NCBI RefSeq assembly: GCF_001194135.2
Contig: NC_068991.1
Span: forward strand, 8,126,207 to 8,190,206
From: Octopus bimaculoides
Taxonomy: Eukaryota
Direction of reading: 5' to 3'
Length of the DNA: 64,000 bases
Below are positions 13,737-27,614 of the stretch, in pieces (position 1 is the first letter of the stretch; every line of letters starts with the position of its first letter). The position numbers were made by a program, and so were the translations under genes. The notes below the pieces were generated by a model. It was not told the origin of the DNA, ran no database searches, and worked only from the letters and a program-made list of their open reading frames with translations.

Positions 13737-15322
13737 GTAAGTAATTTTTATCATTACTAACTATATTGTTGTGACATGGATAATCTTTCTTTTCAGTAAT
13801 CCTTGTTTGCTTCTGCTGAGCCAAATTGTCGTCTTTGAAGCTTTAAAGCGTCACATTCTGTTTAATATTAACGTAGAATCTGTCATGAACGAAGGAGATA
13901 TCTACCTGAGGAGGCTGATGCCTTCTTCACACGATGAGTCTCGTACCGGCTGTCACATGCAGCCGGTTATTGGAAGAATAACAAGTCTGAATCTCATGGC
14001 AGCGATCATAAGCATCTCTGGTCTGAGACTAAGCACTGTGATAGCTCCCCTCTCTCCCATTACTTTGGCCAAGTACACAAGTAGAGTTGAACTCAAAATT
14101 ATATTCCAACACAACACTTGTTGTTTTGTAGTTCTGCTATATGCAGAACCGGACCGGACTGGTGATTCTTAAACTCCCAAATACCTGTCCCCGCCACCCA
14201 CACATGCTAGTGGGATTCTTTGCTCCCTTCCTCTGCATCTATTTAAGTCTTCTTTCTTTTGCAATAATATTGAAGCAGTTAAAAACGATCTTAATTTTGT
14301 TAAGCCTTTCGTTGCTATATTTCTATTGAAACACAGTTTTTCTCTCAATTTGAAAATAATGAAAAATGTTGTAAAATAAATTTTGTCATTATTAAGCTGA
14401 TGTTAGAAAATAAATTAGCGTGGCATTTTAATGGGAAATTGTAATTTAAATTACTTCAAATGTGTAGCATTTAAAATGGTCATATCCAGCCCAAATATTC
14501 TACCTTATGTTTGAACCATCCAAATTCAGCCTCTTACACCTATCCTACAATGTCATTCTAAAAATAAGCAATCGTGTCATCGAAATCTCAAAGCTATGAG
14601 ATAATCCATGATTAATTAAAAACTGTGACATTTGATTAAAGTAATCTGAATACTACAGGGTTAAAACAGTAAGTCTGTACCCTGGAGCTAAGAGTTGTCT
14701 TGCATGGGTTGGCATCAAAAAGGGTTAAGCACAGCAATTTGTCCCCACCATTCATTTTTATCTTCATAAACTTTCTCATTTTTGGACTGGACCATTTAAG
14801 AATTAAATGTCCAACTCACAAACAAGATACTGTGCTTGTAACAAGCAAGATTTTATCTGCTGGACTCTCGTTATCAAATATCCTACTAACTCATTCATCT
14901 ATGATCTGAATAGTAATACATGAATATTAAATTGCAGAGTATATATACCATAGATATTGGGCCCCATAAATATAACACGCAGTATCATATAAGTGTGTTG
15001 TATACTGTTACATTTGTCTACTGTATAATACAGTGGTATATTGTATCAGCGTCACATGATTGTAGTTCTGCCAAAGTATTAAAACTTATTTCAGTATTTC
15101 GTATTACATATCTTTCACTTTTAGATTTTATAATCTGCTTTGAAATATGTATTAACTTTTAATGAATCAACTATTGTCTGCAAAATTAATTAATTAATTA
15201 ATTATTGTATACAATGAAATTGGAAGAAGACTGTCATTTGAGAAATGCATGTTTTATATTGTTCTTATACGGATATATATATGTTTATTTCTGTGGTTTG
15301 ATTCTGACTATTCGAGTTTATT

Positions 15323-15620
15323 AACCCTTTTGATACCAACTCTGTCTGAGGTTGTCCCTGGTTCTATTATACAAATTTCCTGTTTTAACCCTTGTGGTAC
15401 CAACCCTAACCCTAAAATTGGCCCTGGTTTTGTGAGGCAAATTCCTGCTTTGAATTTGTCTAAATAAGAATCTTCCTTTAAAATTTCATATTAATTTATG
15501 TTCCAAACTCTAGCTTAACAATGATAAAGTCTTTTTACTAAATTCTCCATTGTTTCTCGAAATTTAATTGAAACAAAGGTTGTGCATTTCCACAGAAGTA
15601 TGGTAACAAAAGGATTAAGA
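15323..15620. mobile_element. Degraded piggyBac-like MITE related to family 1
   Basis: ttaacccttttgatacc ... ggtaacaaaaggattaa termini and similar interior. Further fragments near 9175-9460, 15650-15770, 17505-17950 and 40435-40490. Confidence 0.55.
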
Positions 15621-16328
15621 TGATTAAGGATTAACTTTCAAACTTTCATGCTACTTACATGGTTCCAAATACCAGCTTAATAATGGCAAAGTTATTTTAC
15701 TAAATTCTTCGCTATTTCCAAAAAATAAAAATATTAAAATAAAGGCAGGGTATCTCAGTAGAAATATGGTAAATGTATTTTCTTACATAAAAAAAAAGAA
15801 AGAAAATGAAGGAAGAAAGATGGTTTTTAATAATTTATCTCTGTCTAATAAGGTTTAATTTGATGTAAAAACAGTTGATCAGGTTATCTCAAGGTTCTCA
15901 TTTGAAATATTAGTCTTACTAATTCTTGTCCCTAAATGGGTAGTATGACGCCTGCTATTTACATACTGACTATGGACTCGCAACGACAGATTAAATGCAT
16001 GTGTTCTGCTTACGAGTAAGCAACACGACTAATTACTCATAAACTGAGTGTAGTAAAAACCAGTTTGTGGTGTGGTGTCTGACGTTACCACAGTAAAGTT
16101 ATTGTATTGTAACGTTACAAGTGAAGTTCAGTGAGAACAGAGGGTGTTGAATTACAAGCTTGTAAGTGTTGATTTCAAATACAACTTAAAGCAATGTCTT
16201 GTTATTTCAAAGCAAATCAGAATATTTAATTTCAGAATAAAATAACCAAAAAATCAGAGGCATCTTTAGTAAACATTTTATTCTAATAGCTTCATTCTTC
16301 AAACTGCTGGTCTGTGATACCCACCCCT

Positions 16329-16888
16329 TTAACTCTTTTGCATTTAAACTGGCCATATCCAGCCCAATTATTCTGCCTGTTTTATGTTCAGACTGGCTAG
16401 ATCTGGCCTTTCACACCTACCTTACAATGTCATTTTAAAAATAAACAATCATAGGCGCAGGAGTGGCTGTGTGGTAAGTAGCTTGCTTACCAGCCACATG
16501 GTTCCGGGTTCAGTCCCACTGCGTGGCATCTTGGGCAAGTGTCTTTTACTATAGCCTCAGGCCGACCAAAGCTTTGTGAGTGGATTTGGTAGACAGAAAC
16601 TGAAAGAAGCCTGTATATTTGTGTGTCTGTGTTTGTCCCCCTAGCATTGCTTGACAACCGATGCTGGTGTGCTTATGTCCCCCGTCACTTAGCGGTTCGG
16701 CAAAAGAGACCGATAGAATCAGTACTAGGCTTACAAAGAATAAGTCCCAGGGTCGATTTGCTCAACTAAAGGCGATGCTCCAGCATGACCGCAGTCAAAC
16801 GACTGAAACAAATAATCACATGATTCAAAAACTATGTGAATAAATGAGCATAACAACTGATGGAGTAATTTGAATGCTAAAAGGTTAA
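16329..16888. mobile_element. piggyBac-like MITE, family 2, interrupted by a family A SINE
   Basis: TTAA-flanked termini (ttaactcttttgcattt ... aatgctaaaaggttaa); interior matches the copy at 17212-17436; SINE at 16454-16814. Confidence 0.7.
16454..16814 (+). mobile_element. tRNA-headed SINE, family A
   Basis: Pol III A-box TGGCTGTGTGGT and B-box-like GGTTCAGTCCC; central (TA/TG)n; 3' cagcatggccgcagtcaaatgactgaaacaagtaaaaga consensus shared by many copies. Confidence 0.85.
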
Positions 16889-17211
16889 GCTTTTTGTCAA
16901 TCAACATCTATTGAACTTGTAGGCCCCTTTTCTTTCCTTCTTTGTAGCCCCTTATGCTACAGTGGTCTCATGCCTTGTTTGGGACAAAATTGTATATTAA
17001 AAAAATCAGTTTTTAATTCAGTAGTTTTGTTTAGCCCCAGGTCAGCATTAGTTAAACAGACCATTGATCAGAAAGATTCAAGTTGTGACTCTTCTTTGAG
17101 AATGGTTGACTGTAATTTGAGGAAGACTTACTTGCTGTCTCTAGCAATTAAGTGACCACAGTGCAAGGGTTTCCAAAGTTTCTATGTCCTCATCACTTTA
17201 TCTTCCTTTCC

Positions 17212-17436
17212 TTAACCCTTTAGCATTTAAACAAGCCATATCCAGTGCAAATATTCTATCTATTTTCCATTCAAACTGGCCAGATCTGGCATCTCACACT
17301 GACCCTACAATGTCACTCTAAAAATAAACAATTGCATTATCAGAATCTCAAAGCTAAAGATAATGTATGATTGATTCAAAACAATGTGAATAACCAAGTC
17401 TTACATTTGACAATAATCTAAATGCTAAATGATTAA
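17212..17436. mobile_element. piggyBac-like MITE, family 2
   Basis: ttaaccctttagcatttaaa ... ctaaatgctaaatgattaa. Other copies at about 14470-14730, 18406-18790 (inverted), 20610-21375, 27095-27265, 27690-27920 (inverted) and 63643-63818. Confidence 0.7.
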
Positions 17437-19136
17437 TGTATGAAATCTGAATGTTAAGGGGTTAATGTGCAAATATTGAATAATAATGTCAATTTATGTT
17501 ATTTAACCCTTTTAATAAACCTTCCTGAGGTTGCTCCCAGTTTTATGATACAAAGAACGTGTTTTAAAAGGGTTCATATTTAAATTAAGATCTTCTCTCT
17601 TAATTTTATGAAAATGTCTCATTGGTTAAGTTGTTAAGAATATAAGTTTGTTAGAGCATAGGTCACTCTCAGCGTCCACTCTGTCACAAGCATTCAGACT
17701 AGGTTTCCGGTTTGAGGATACCTTCCTTCCTTCTACCTGCTTTTAGTGGCCCTGTAAAAGGTCATGGACACTACCTTTCTTTTTGGCTAAAAAGTTTTTT
17801 TTAAAAAAAAGTTGTACTCCAAATCCCAGTATTATAATGAGACAATTAGACAATTAGTCAGTTTATTAAGCCCTACCAAATTCTTGATTATTTTCAAAAT
17901 TAATTAAAACAAAGTGTATGTTATTAAAACAATGATATACCAAAGGGTTAAATTTAAAACTTTGCAGGACCCCTAACTAGTCTTTGATACCCTAGTTGGA
18001 AACCATTGATGTAGAGGACCCTCTGAGGAGTAGTCGTTCTAATTCTGTAGCTTCAAAACTTAGTAAACAGAATTTAAAATTAAAATAAGATTGAAATTAT
18101 TAAGAATGAGGTCAGGAGGATAAAGACAACATTGTTGTCATTATTATTGGTATTGTTTTAATGTCCACTTTTCCATCTTGCATGGGTCAGATGGAATTTG
18201 TTAAGGCAGATTTTCTTTGGCCAGGGGCCTTTCTTGCCACTAACCTTCACCTGTTTCCTTGTAAGATATTTCCTCATGGTCAGACATGTTTTTTTTTTAA
18301 CTAAAGGCTGATGATGCTGGCATACAAACATCTATTATAGATTTTGTGTATGTTAAACATTTGCCTACGATAGCGAGCTGTATACTTGGGTTTATTTAAG
18401 TGCCTTTAACCCTTTAGCATTCAGCTTACTGGCGTTAGGAAGGGCATTCAGATTATTGGCGTTAGGAAGGGCATCCAGCTGTAGAAACTCTGCCAAATCA
18501 GATTGGAGCCTGGTGTAGCCATCTGGTTCACCAGCCCTCAGTCAAATCGTCCATCCCATGCTAGCATGGAAAGCAGACATTAAACGTTGATAATGATTAC
18601 TCTGTCAAATATATAGCTTATTTATTCATAATGTTTTGAATAAATCATACATTATCTCGTAAGCTTTGAGATTTCAATGATGCATTTGTTTACTTTTTGA
18701 ATGACATTGCAGGGTAATTGTGAGGGGCATGATGGGGTCAGTTTGAACACAGAACGGGTAGAACATTTGGGCCTGAGATGACTGGTCTGAATGTTTTGTT
18801 ATTGCTTTATGTTGTGATGTAAAGAAAAATCACACTTTTGGATAATGGTTGATGAGATAGAAAGCACTGGAAATAAGCTTTTGTGCCAAAGTGAGGGAAG
18901 ATTTTAAAATGCTTAAGAAGCACGTGTCAAGAGGTTCCATTTCATAGCCACATGTTGCCAGACTAGACATCTAGACCCATTTTCTCAATGCATCTCTTGA
19001 AAGACGCTCTATCTCTGTCTCGCATGTAGAACAGTTGTGGTTTCGATACATCCAGCTGTTACTGGATCCTAGTAGGTGTCGGTTAGCTGAAATTTCAGTT
19101 GCTGAAGAATGAAGAAGTCACTTCTTCCACATTCCA

Positions 19137-19188
19137 ATGAAATCATCAGATGGTAATGTTCTCAGCAGAATGTTAGTGGGCAGAGCAG
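19137..19188 (+). CDS. Candidate alternative first coding exon MKSSDGNVLSRMLVGRA(A)
   Basis: Strong donor CAG|GTAAGA at 19189. The only frame open near the donor is phase 1, which matches exon 51497; it has an upstream in-frame TGA and then ATG at 19137. Preceded by ~200 nt of non-repetitive, GC-richer sequence. No transcript evidence. Confidence 0.4.
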
Positions 19189-21725
19189 GTAAGAAAAAAA
19201 AAACACACACACACACCTAGAATACAACACAGTAATAACAGCGTAATGGAAAGTGATAAATAGTGAAAAGATTTACAACGCTGAAGTATAAATTCACTTC
19301 TTACAACCAAGTGAAATATCTACAACTACAAAAAGCCATCAAGCATTACACAATATTTGTGTGTGTGAGTCATGTTGTTTAATTAAAATCCTTCCTAAAT
19401 TCATTACTGCTTTTCTCTAATTAATAAAAATATTATGTTTCAATCTGAAGAATTAGACACTCTGTACCAATTTTATTTCCTTTCAGTGGTCTGTCTTTTC
19501 TCCATATTTTAAATGATGACTGGTTGATAGTAATTTGAAAGATATATGCTACTCTGTCCTCAGCAAACCATGTCCAGAATAACCATCATATAACGTTTCC
19601 TCATTTCCATCTCAATAATTAAAAAAAATTTACAAATTCAGTCTTTAAATATTTTAGAGGTAGTTTAGTGAATGCCATATAATAGCTTTAATAATGCTAA
19701 GATTGTTTCTTTCAGTGGACAGTTTTCGTTATAATCAATATTAGATTGTTAATATCTTTGGGAAAGACATGTTATTAATCCACCCCACCCCTCTCTCTCT
19801 CTCAATTTGATCTTTTATACCTGTTTAAAAATCATTATTATCAATACAACCATAATTTCATCATTACTCTTTAAATAAATCTATTGACTTTGTAATTTAG
19901 TTCATAATATTTTATTGATTTTTTTTTTCCACTTAGAATCAAAATATTAAAATATGAAAGCTTACACAGCCATAGAATAAATAAATCTCTCTCCCCTCCT
20001 TCTCAATATTCTCTGGTTTATACTAAAGAATTGTAATACGCATTTTTACAGTTACTCTAAGACTATGGTGTGTAGTAAAAGTACAAGTAAAAATAAACTA
20101 ATAAAAATAGCTGTCAGATGATGTTAGGAACAATCTGCAGGCGTGGGTGTTTGGTTAAGAAACTTGCATTGTAACTTTGTAGTTTTGGCTTCAGTCCTAC
20201 TTCACGGCACCTTGGGCAAGCATCTTCTACAACAGCCCTGGACCCCAATAATCTTTATGAGGGAATTTGGAAGATGGAAACTGTGGAATCCCGTCGTGTC
20301 TGTGTGTCTGTCTTTATGTATCTTTGTGTTTGATGCCTCACCATCTCAACTTGACAACTGGCGTTGATTTGCTTTTGTCCTTGTGACTTAGTGGTCTGGA
20401 AAAGGAGACCAATACAATAAGTACGAAGCTTTAAAATTGAGTACTGGGGTTGATTTGTTTGACTAAACCCTTCAAGGTAGTGCCCCAGCATGGCCACAAT
20501 CCAATGACTGAAACAAGTAAGACAGAAAATAAATAAAGATAAGACAGCTCAAAGATAATGGTTATTATTACTTTTATTTTATTTTTTTATAATATTTATA
20601 GAATAGTACTTCAACCCTTTGGTGTTTAAACCAGCCATCATCATCATCATTTAACATCAGTTGTCCAAGAGCTGCACCAGACTCCAGTCTGATTTGGCAT
20701 GGTTTCTACGGCTGGGTGCCCTTCTTAACACCAACCACTTAACAGAGTATGTCAGGTGCTTTTACCTGACACTGGCATGAGCACCTCTTACATGGCACCG
20801 GCACGAGTGCATAGTACATGACACTGGCATAGGATTCTTGCAGGCCAATCCAATTCCCGGTGGGGGAGCAGCCTTAACACTTCTGCTGTGGAATACGGGT
20901 GTCCTTGAGTACAACAGGGCAGCAGATATCGTGGTCCTTTGCCATCTTGTCTGAAAGTTTCAACATCCTAGCCCCAAATATTCTTCCCCCGTTTATGTTC
21001 ACACCAGCCATATCCAACCTCTCACACCTAACCTGCAATGTCATTCTAAAAATAAACAATCACATTGTCATCATTTAGTGTCCATTTTCCATACTAGCAC
21101 AAGATGGTTGGTTTGACAGGAGCTGGTAAGGCCAGAAGCCACACCAGGCTCCATAGTCTGTTTTGGCTTGCTTTTCTATGACTGGACGCCCTTCCTAATG
21201 CCAACCACTTTACAAAGTGTACTGGGTGCTTTTTATGTGGCACCAACACCAGTGCTTTTAACATGGCATCAGCACAAAATCTCAGAGCCTTGGAGTAATG
21301 CACATTTAATTCAAAACAATGTGAATAAATAAGAATTACACTTGACGGAGTAACTTGTACACCAAAAAGTTAAACTCACTTTTGCAGTATAATCAATTCA
21401 AAAACTATTTTTTGACTTCATGTATGTTGGGCAGCAATTTGCTCTGGAGTCATTTTCTAGCTGTTATCACAATTGTCTTTTCTCCTCAAAGCACTTGGCC
21501 CTCTCCCTGTGAAAACCATCACATTGTATGTTGTCAATCTACCTACCCATTCTTTCATATATTTCTCTCCTCAAAGAATGTACCACATATTTTCTTAAAT
21601 ATTCCTTTACTTTTTTTTTATTTTTTGCATTTATTTATATTTTTTTTATTGTTAAACATTCCTTTGGTACCTGTATATTCCCTACTCACCTGCAGCGAAA
21701 ATTTAGCAAATTATTTACAGAAATA

Positions 21726-22293
21726 GGTGCAGCCATGGCTATGTGGTTAACAAGCTCACTTTGCAACCATGTGGTTTCAAGTTCAGTCCCTCTGTGCAGC
21801 ACCTTGGGCAAGTGTCTTCTCTTGCAGCAGCCTCTACCTCCCAGCTGATCAATGCCTTGTAAGTGAATTTGGTTGATGAAAACTGTGTGGAAGCCCATCA
21901 TGTATGTGTGTATTTGTCACACACACACACACACACCACTTGGCAACCAGTGTTAGTTTGTTTACATCTTGGTAACTTAGCAATTTGACAAAAGAGTCTG
22001 ATAGAATTGGACTTCAAACAAAAGCAAGTACTGGAACCAATCTGTTCTACAAAAACCCTCCAAGTTGGTGCCCCAGCATGGCTGTAGTCCAATGAATGAA
22101 ACAAGTGAAAGATATAATATAAAATAAACATGGTGCTGGAGTGGCTGTGTGGTAAGTAGCATGCTTACCAACCACATGGTTCCAGGTTCAGTCCCATAGC
22201 ATGGCACCTTGCACAAGTGTCTTCTACTATAGCCTCAAGCCAACAAAAGCCTTGTGAGTAGATTTGGTAGACGGAAACTGAAAGAAGCCCGTT

Positions 22294-22333
<40 letters not shown>

Positions 22334-22545
22334 GTGTGTGTGTGTGTGTACATGTTTGTACGCCCAACATGACTTGACAACCGGTGCTGGTGTGTTTACA
22401 TCTCTGTAACTTAGCAGTGTGGCAAAAGAGATCGATAGAATAAGTACTGGGCTTACAGAGAATAAGTCCTGGGGTCGATTTGCTCGACTAAAGGCAGTGC
22501 TCCAGCATGGCTGCAGTCAAATGACTGAAACAAGTAAAAGAGTTC
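21726..22545 (+). mobile_element. Two tandem family A SINEs (older 21726-~22125, younger 22132-22545)
   Basis: Two consecutive head-microsatellite-tail units. Other family A copies at 12466-12680 (internally deleted), 20141-20540, 25619-26030, 28920-29087(-), 41357-41600, 43050-43430(-), 44530-44800(-), 56198-56315(-) and 63819-64000. Confidence 0.8.
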
Positions 22546-22633
22546 AAGAAAAGAATTAATAAAATATGGCATTTGAAGAATGTCTCGAATGGGAAAATAG
22601 TGACTTAATTCCATATCATTTTATGTTTTAGAC

Positions 22634-22936
22634 CAGGGGTTCTCAACCATTTTCCATCTATGGACCCTTCGATTACTATTTTATTCTGGTGGAACCCCAC
22701 AGCCATTTGATGTTTAAAAACTAGTTTTATAAAAACTAGTTTTATAAAAACTTCTTTCGAAATTCCTGTTGTGTAGGTTGAACTATGGAAAATGGTAGAG
22801 AGAAAAAAAACCAAACCAATACATACATAGATCTAAAGCAAAATTTTTTCAGGGGTCCTCAAAATACTACTGTGGATCCCCAAAAGTCTTATATGGATCC
22901 TCAGGGGCCACATGGACCCCTAGTTGAGAACCACTG
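22634..22936. mobile_element. hAT-superfamily MITE (Charlie-like ends)
   Basis: TIRs CAGGGGTTCTCAAC / GTTGAGAACCACTG; 8-bp target duplication ttttagac (22626-22633) / ctttagac (22937-22944). Confidence 0.85.
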
Positions 22937-24710
22937 CTTTAGACAAATGAAATAATGTGAAGGTACATAGCTTAGTGGTTAGAGTCTGGGGATCATAATC
23001 ATAATTTCCACACAACTTCCATCAGGTTCACTCACAAGGCATTGGTCAGCCCAGGGTTATATTGTAAGACATACCCAAGGTGTTGTACAGTGAAACTGAA
23101 CCCAAAATCACATGACTGCAAAGCAAGTTTCTAAACCACACATCCAAGCCTGTGTCTGTCCCTTTATATTTTAATTTAAGCTATTCCCTAAGATTTAAGG
23201 AGGAGTGAGGAGGTCACATTTTTTGTTTTTCTTCTTTCTTTTCAAACTAAGATATTTTAATGGGTTGAAGAAAACTGATCTGTTTTACACATATTTCTTT
23301 TCTATTCAAAAGTAAACTTGGTCGGTATTTTATTTATTTTTATTTTTTTATTGTATTTCATTCTTTTTTTCTTTTTCCTTGGGGGCAGCAGTAAAAGTTA
23401 TAGACTAGAATGGTTAAGTCAGCTACTGGATCTAAACAAGCACACATCACACTTCCCATCCTCCCTCAAAAGCTTCACTATCTCTACGTATTTCTTTTTT
23501 TTCTTTTACGTTTTCTATCCACCTACAACTAACTCCATCACTCACAGGCTGTCTTAGTTATGGGGCGTGCAAGAACTCTGCGAAGGTATTTCAGACATTA
23601 ACTTCCAGCACATCTCTACCTGGTCTATTACTAAACCTACACAGAAGAAAACAAACCTCACCTGGGGCTGTTTTATATTATATATAAACATATATAATAT
23701 AGCAAGACTTTCTTATTCTATTCCATATCTTCTTAAAGGAATATGCCTAGAATTCCCGATCTTCCTCAAACGAAAGGTACTATGTTCCTTACGAAACTTG
23801 TTTTCTGCTTCAGTGCAGTTTTATACTAGTTTCTGCTTCTTCCTTTCTGCTTTCCTAAATGTTTGCTATTTGTTATTAACTTAGAGTCAGCAGATAACAA
23901 TCTTATATGATTTACTTCTCACTATATTAATATTGTATGAATTTATTAGCAATTTGTTACATATGAATGGACAGCTATAGTTTTCTTGTGGTATGTCTTT
24001 ATTTTCTTTGCGAGTACACAAAACTCCCTATATCTTCATCCTCAAAATTTGATTATTGTTGTGAGTGTGTGTGTCTAATTATATATATATATATGTATAT
24101 AATATGCATTCACACAAATATATATGTGTGTGTATATATTATAAATAATATATAAATATATGCATATATTCATACATATATGTACATACCTACATCTATA
24201 TATATACATACATGCATATATGGGTACAGGACATCAATATATATATATATATATNNNNNNNNNNNNNNNNNNNNNNNNNNNNNNNNNNNNNNNNNNNNNN
24301 NNNNNNNNNNNNNNNNNNNNNNNNNNNNNNNNNNNNNNNNNNNNNNNNNNNNNNNNNNNNNNNNNNNNNNNNNNNNNNNNNNNNNNNNNNNNNNNNNNNN
24401 NNNNNNNNNNNNNNNNNNNNNNNNNNNNNNNNNNNNNNNNNNNNNNNNNNNNNNNNNNNNNNNNNNNNNNNNNNNNNNNNNNNNNNNNNNNNNNNNNNNN
24501 NNNNNNNNNNNNNNNNNNNNNNNNNNNNNNNNNNNNNNNNNNNNNNNNNNNNNNNNNNNNNNNNNNNNNNNNNNNNNNNNNNNNNNNNNNNNNNNNNNNN
24601 NNNNNNNNNNNNNNNNNNNNNNNNNNNNNNNNNNNNNNNNNNNNNNNNNNNNNNNNNNNNNNNNNNNNNNNNNNNNNNNNNNNNNNNNNNNNNNNNNNNN
24701 NNNNNNNNNN

Positions 24711-24743
<33 letters not shown>

Positions 24744-25806
24744 ACACACACACACACATACATGTATGTGTGTGAATATATATATATATACATTCTGAAA
24801 ATGTTATAACTATAGGGTGTTTGAGTTAAAATAATGAAAGTTTATTTTTTTAATAAATCCTCTAAAGATAACATTTATTTTATGCATCCTTTCAAACAGT
24901 AAATCAATTAAGTTTTATTATCATTTTCTAATTTTTTTCAAATAAAATTCAAAAAGAAAAAAAATTCATCAAATATTTCTCGAAATCTGAAATCCTTCGA
25001 TAATATTATTTTATCAGTGAAAAACCAAAAACAAAAAAAAGCATTTTTCACCATGCAGGAATACTGAATAGTGAAATTCTTATAGCATTTTTGTTTTTTT
25101 GGGGTTTTTCTTTTTTTTCATATTGCATAGCAAAAATATTGCAGAAATAACTGGAGGCTATTAAGCATTTTTTTTTCTGCAGTTTAGGTGCAAATGCACA
25201 CATATTCATGTGGACGTGCACACATAAGAATATAAAATAATTACAGTGATAAGAATAGCTGAGTCATTATTAACAATATTCTGCTCTGTATTCATGGCTT
25301 GGTAGGGTATTTCATTTCATATCGGAAGTCAGTTAATAATTGTATATAGTCTTCAGTTTTAAGCTGGCTGTTAAAGTTTGGTGCTGTGGAATGTGCTTAA
25401 GAATTTGATGTGTGATAGATTGGTATCCCCCTGCTTTTGGGATGATTAATTTCTAATCTACTTTATATGTAAGATGTAGAAAAATTCCTTGTGTCTGCGT
25501 GTGCATGTGTGGGGTTTTTTTTTTTGCAGTTTTATGCAGAAATATGTTAAAACTATAAAACTTCCTTTATTACTCATATGGAGTGTCGTATACATGTGCG
25601 CGCATGCACACATGGTTGTAGGTGCAGGCATGGCTGTGTGGTTTAAAAGCTTCCTTTGCAACCATGTGATTTTAAGTTCAATTCCATTTCGCAGCACATT
25701 GGGCTAATATCTTCTGCTAGAGACTTGGGCCAACCAATGCCTTGTGAGTGAATTTAGTAGACAGGAACTGTGTAGAAGCTCATCACACACACATATGTGT
25801 GTGTAC

Positions 25807-25837
<31 letters not shown>

Positions 25838-26335
25838 TACATGTATGTGTTTGCCTTTCTAGTTGTGTATTATGTCCCTGTAACTTAGCAGTTTGGCAGA
25901 AAGAGACCGACAGAATAAGTGCCAGAACTTTAAAAAAAAAAAAAAAAAAAAGTATTGAGGTCAATTCATTTGACTAAACTCTTCAAGGCATGGCTGCAAT
26001 CCAATGACTGAAACAAGTAAAGGATAAAAAAATTATTCATATAGAGTATCGTCTGTGTGTGTGTGCATTTCGGTAATTTATACCATTAACTCCACAAATT
26101 TTCATGTTGGTATTCAGGTGAGTGTTAACTTGAAAGGATATTGGTAATCCTCTTGGGCCGTATTCACCAATAGCTGTGTAGGTTAATATCTGCCTGGATA
26201 TCTGCATAAAATTCCAGCTTGGATATAAGTTCATTGACACACACCCTTGCATGGTATACAACACATGGCTTTTGCTAGCATATAGGTTAGTATTTGATTA
26301 GTAATTTTACTAATCGGTGGATTATTCTACTCTGT

Positions 26336-26573
26336 TGTATTTATTTCTTTATTGCCCACAAGGGGCTAAAAATAGAGGGGACGAACAAGGGCAGACAAAG
26401 GGACTAAGTTGATTGCATCAACCCCAGTGTGTAACTGGTACTTATATAATCAACCCCCAAACGATGAAGAATAAAGTCGACCTCGGCGGAATTTGAACTC
26501 AGAATGTAATGGCAGAAGAAACGCTTCTAAGCATTTCACCCAGCATGCTAACGATTCTGCCAGCTCACTGCAC
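26336..26573 (-). mobile_element. SINE family B with 11-bp target-site duplication
   Basis: ttctactctgt at 26325-26335 and 26574-26584 flanks a full minus-strand copy. Confidence 0.85.
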
Positions 26574-27265
26574 TTCTACTCTGTCATATTGATTGATTGA
26601 TTGATCAAACTTTAATACACTGATTTGCTCCTAGAATTGTTTACCCTGCCAATGCACTTTTTTGTTTTTTGAGGGAGCAAAAAACCTGAGCACCTATTGT
26701 TTTTTCTAAAAACTGCTATAACTTTCTTTGTATTGTGTGTACAAACTTGATTTTTGTGTACTAATAAAGGAATGGATGAGTAATATTTTAATGTGATGCA
26801 TTACATTCTGCATTTATGTTGTGACATTGAAAAAAAAAAACAAAAGAGAAAAAACACAAATATGTTGGCATACTTTTATCATACCTTGATAACAGTCTAT
26901 GAAGTTCTGAGGTGCAGTCTACCTTATGATCCATCAGACTGTGGTACCTCTGGAAGCAGGGTTATGGGCAGAGTGCCACATCACATTTTCTGCTCACGAA
27001 CTGTTTTCACCAACTGATTGATATGGATTTGAATATATTTGCATATCTAGCAGTAGCAATGTATGCTCTCTTAGAAAACAATCTATATTCCTTGATTTAA
27101 ACCAGCCATATCCCACCCAAATACCCCCCCCCCTTTTTTTTCATGTTCAAATAGCCAGATTCATCATCTCACACCTACCCTACAATGTCATTCTATAAAA
27201 TAAACAATCGCATCATGAAAATCTTGAAGCTACAAGGAAATTCATGATGAGTTCAAAACAATGTA

Positions 27266-27614
27266 AACAGGAGCACTCATAGAGTACAAACCTCCGCAAA
27301 GTTAACACCAATGTCCTCACAACAATTAGCCGGAGATGATTTTTTTTTAAATGAGAATATCTGAAATAAACTCGACTGCTCTCAGAAATGAGAAAACTAA
27401 GAATGAACCTGACCGCTCTCAAAGATTTGTCCTTGTCTGGTACCGGATTGATCTCAAAATCTAATCAGTTTGTGCCAGCCACGAGGCCAAACATTCCTGA
27501 AAGTTGCATCCGAATCCATTTGGCAGTTCTTGAGATATCTTGTCTACAGATAAACTAAGTAAAAAACAAACATGACTGAAAACAACACTTCTGCTTTTGC
27601 TAAGGCGGAGATAA
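27266..27614 (-). mobile_element. Non-autonomous Helentron-like element, second copy
   Basis: Minus strand starts ttatctccgcc and ends gcggaggtttgtactctatgagtgctcctgtt: subterminal inverted repeat plus 3' hairpin. Confidence 0.55.

Noticed and set aside
13771-14172. 133-aa ORF
   Set aside because: Starts at GTG just inside an intron, no recognisable motif, length within chance expectation.
16454-16530. tRNA genes at SINE heads (many sites)
   Set aside because: A/B boxes are present but there is no complete cloverleaf, and each continues into a SINE body.
24160-24809. Long ORFs spanning N runs (also 28849-29481, 34849-35787, 44947-45630, 46284-47117, 56272-57132, 61875-62640)
   Set aside because: Open only because of X codons and dinucleotide/trinucleotide repeats (YIYI, HTHT, poly-His).
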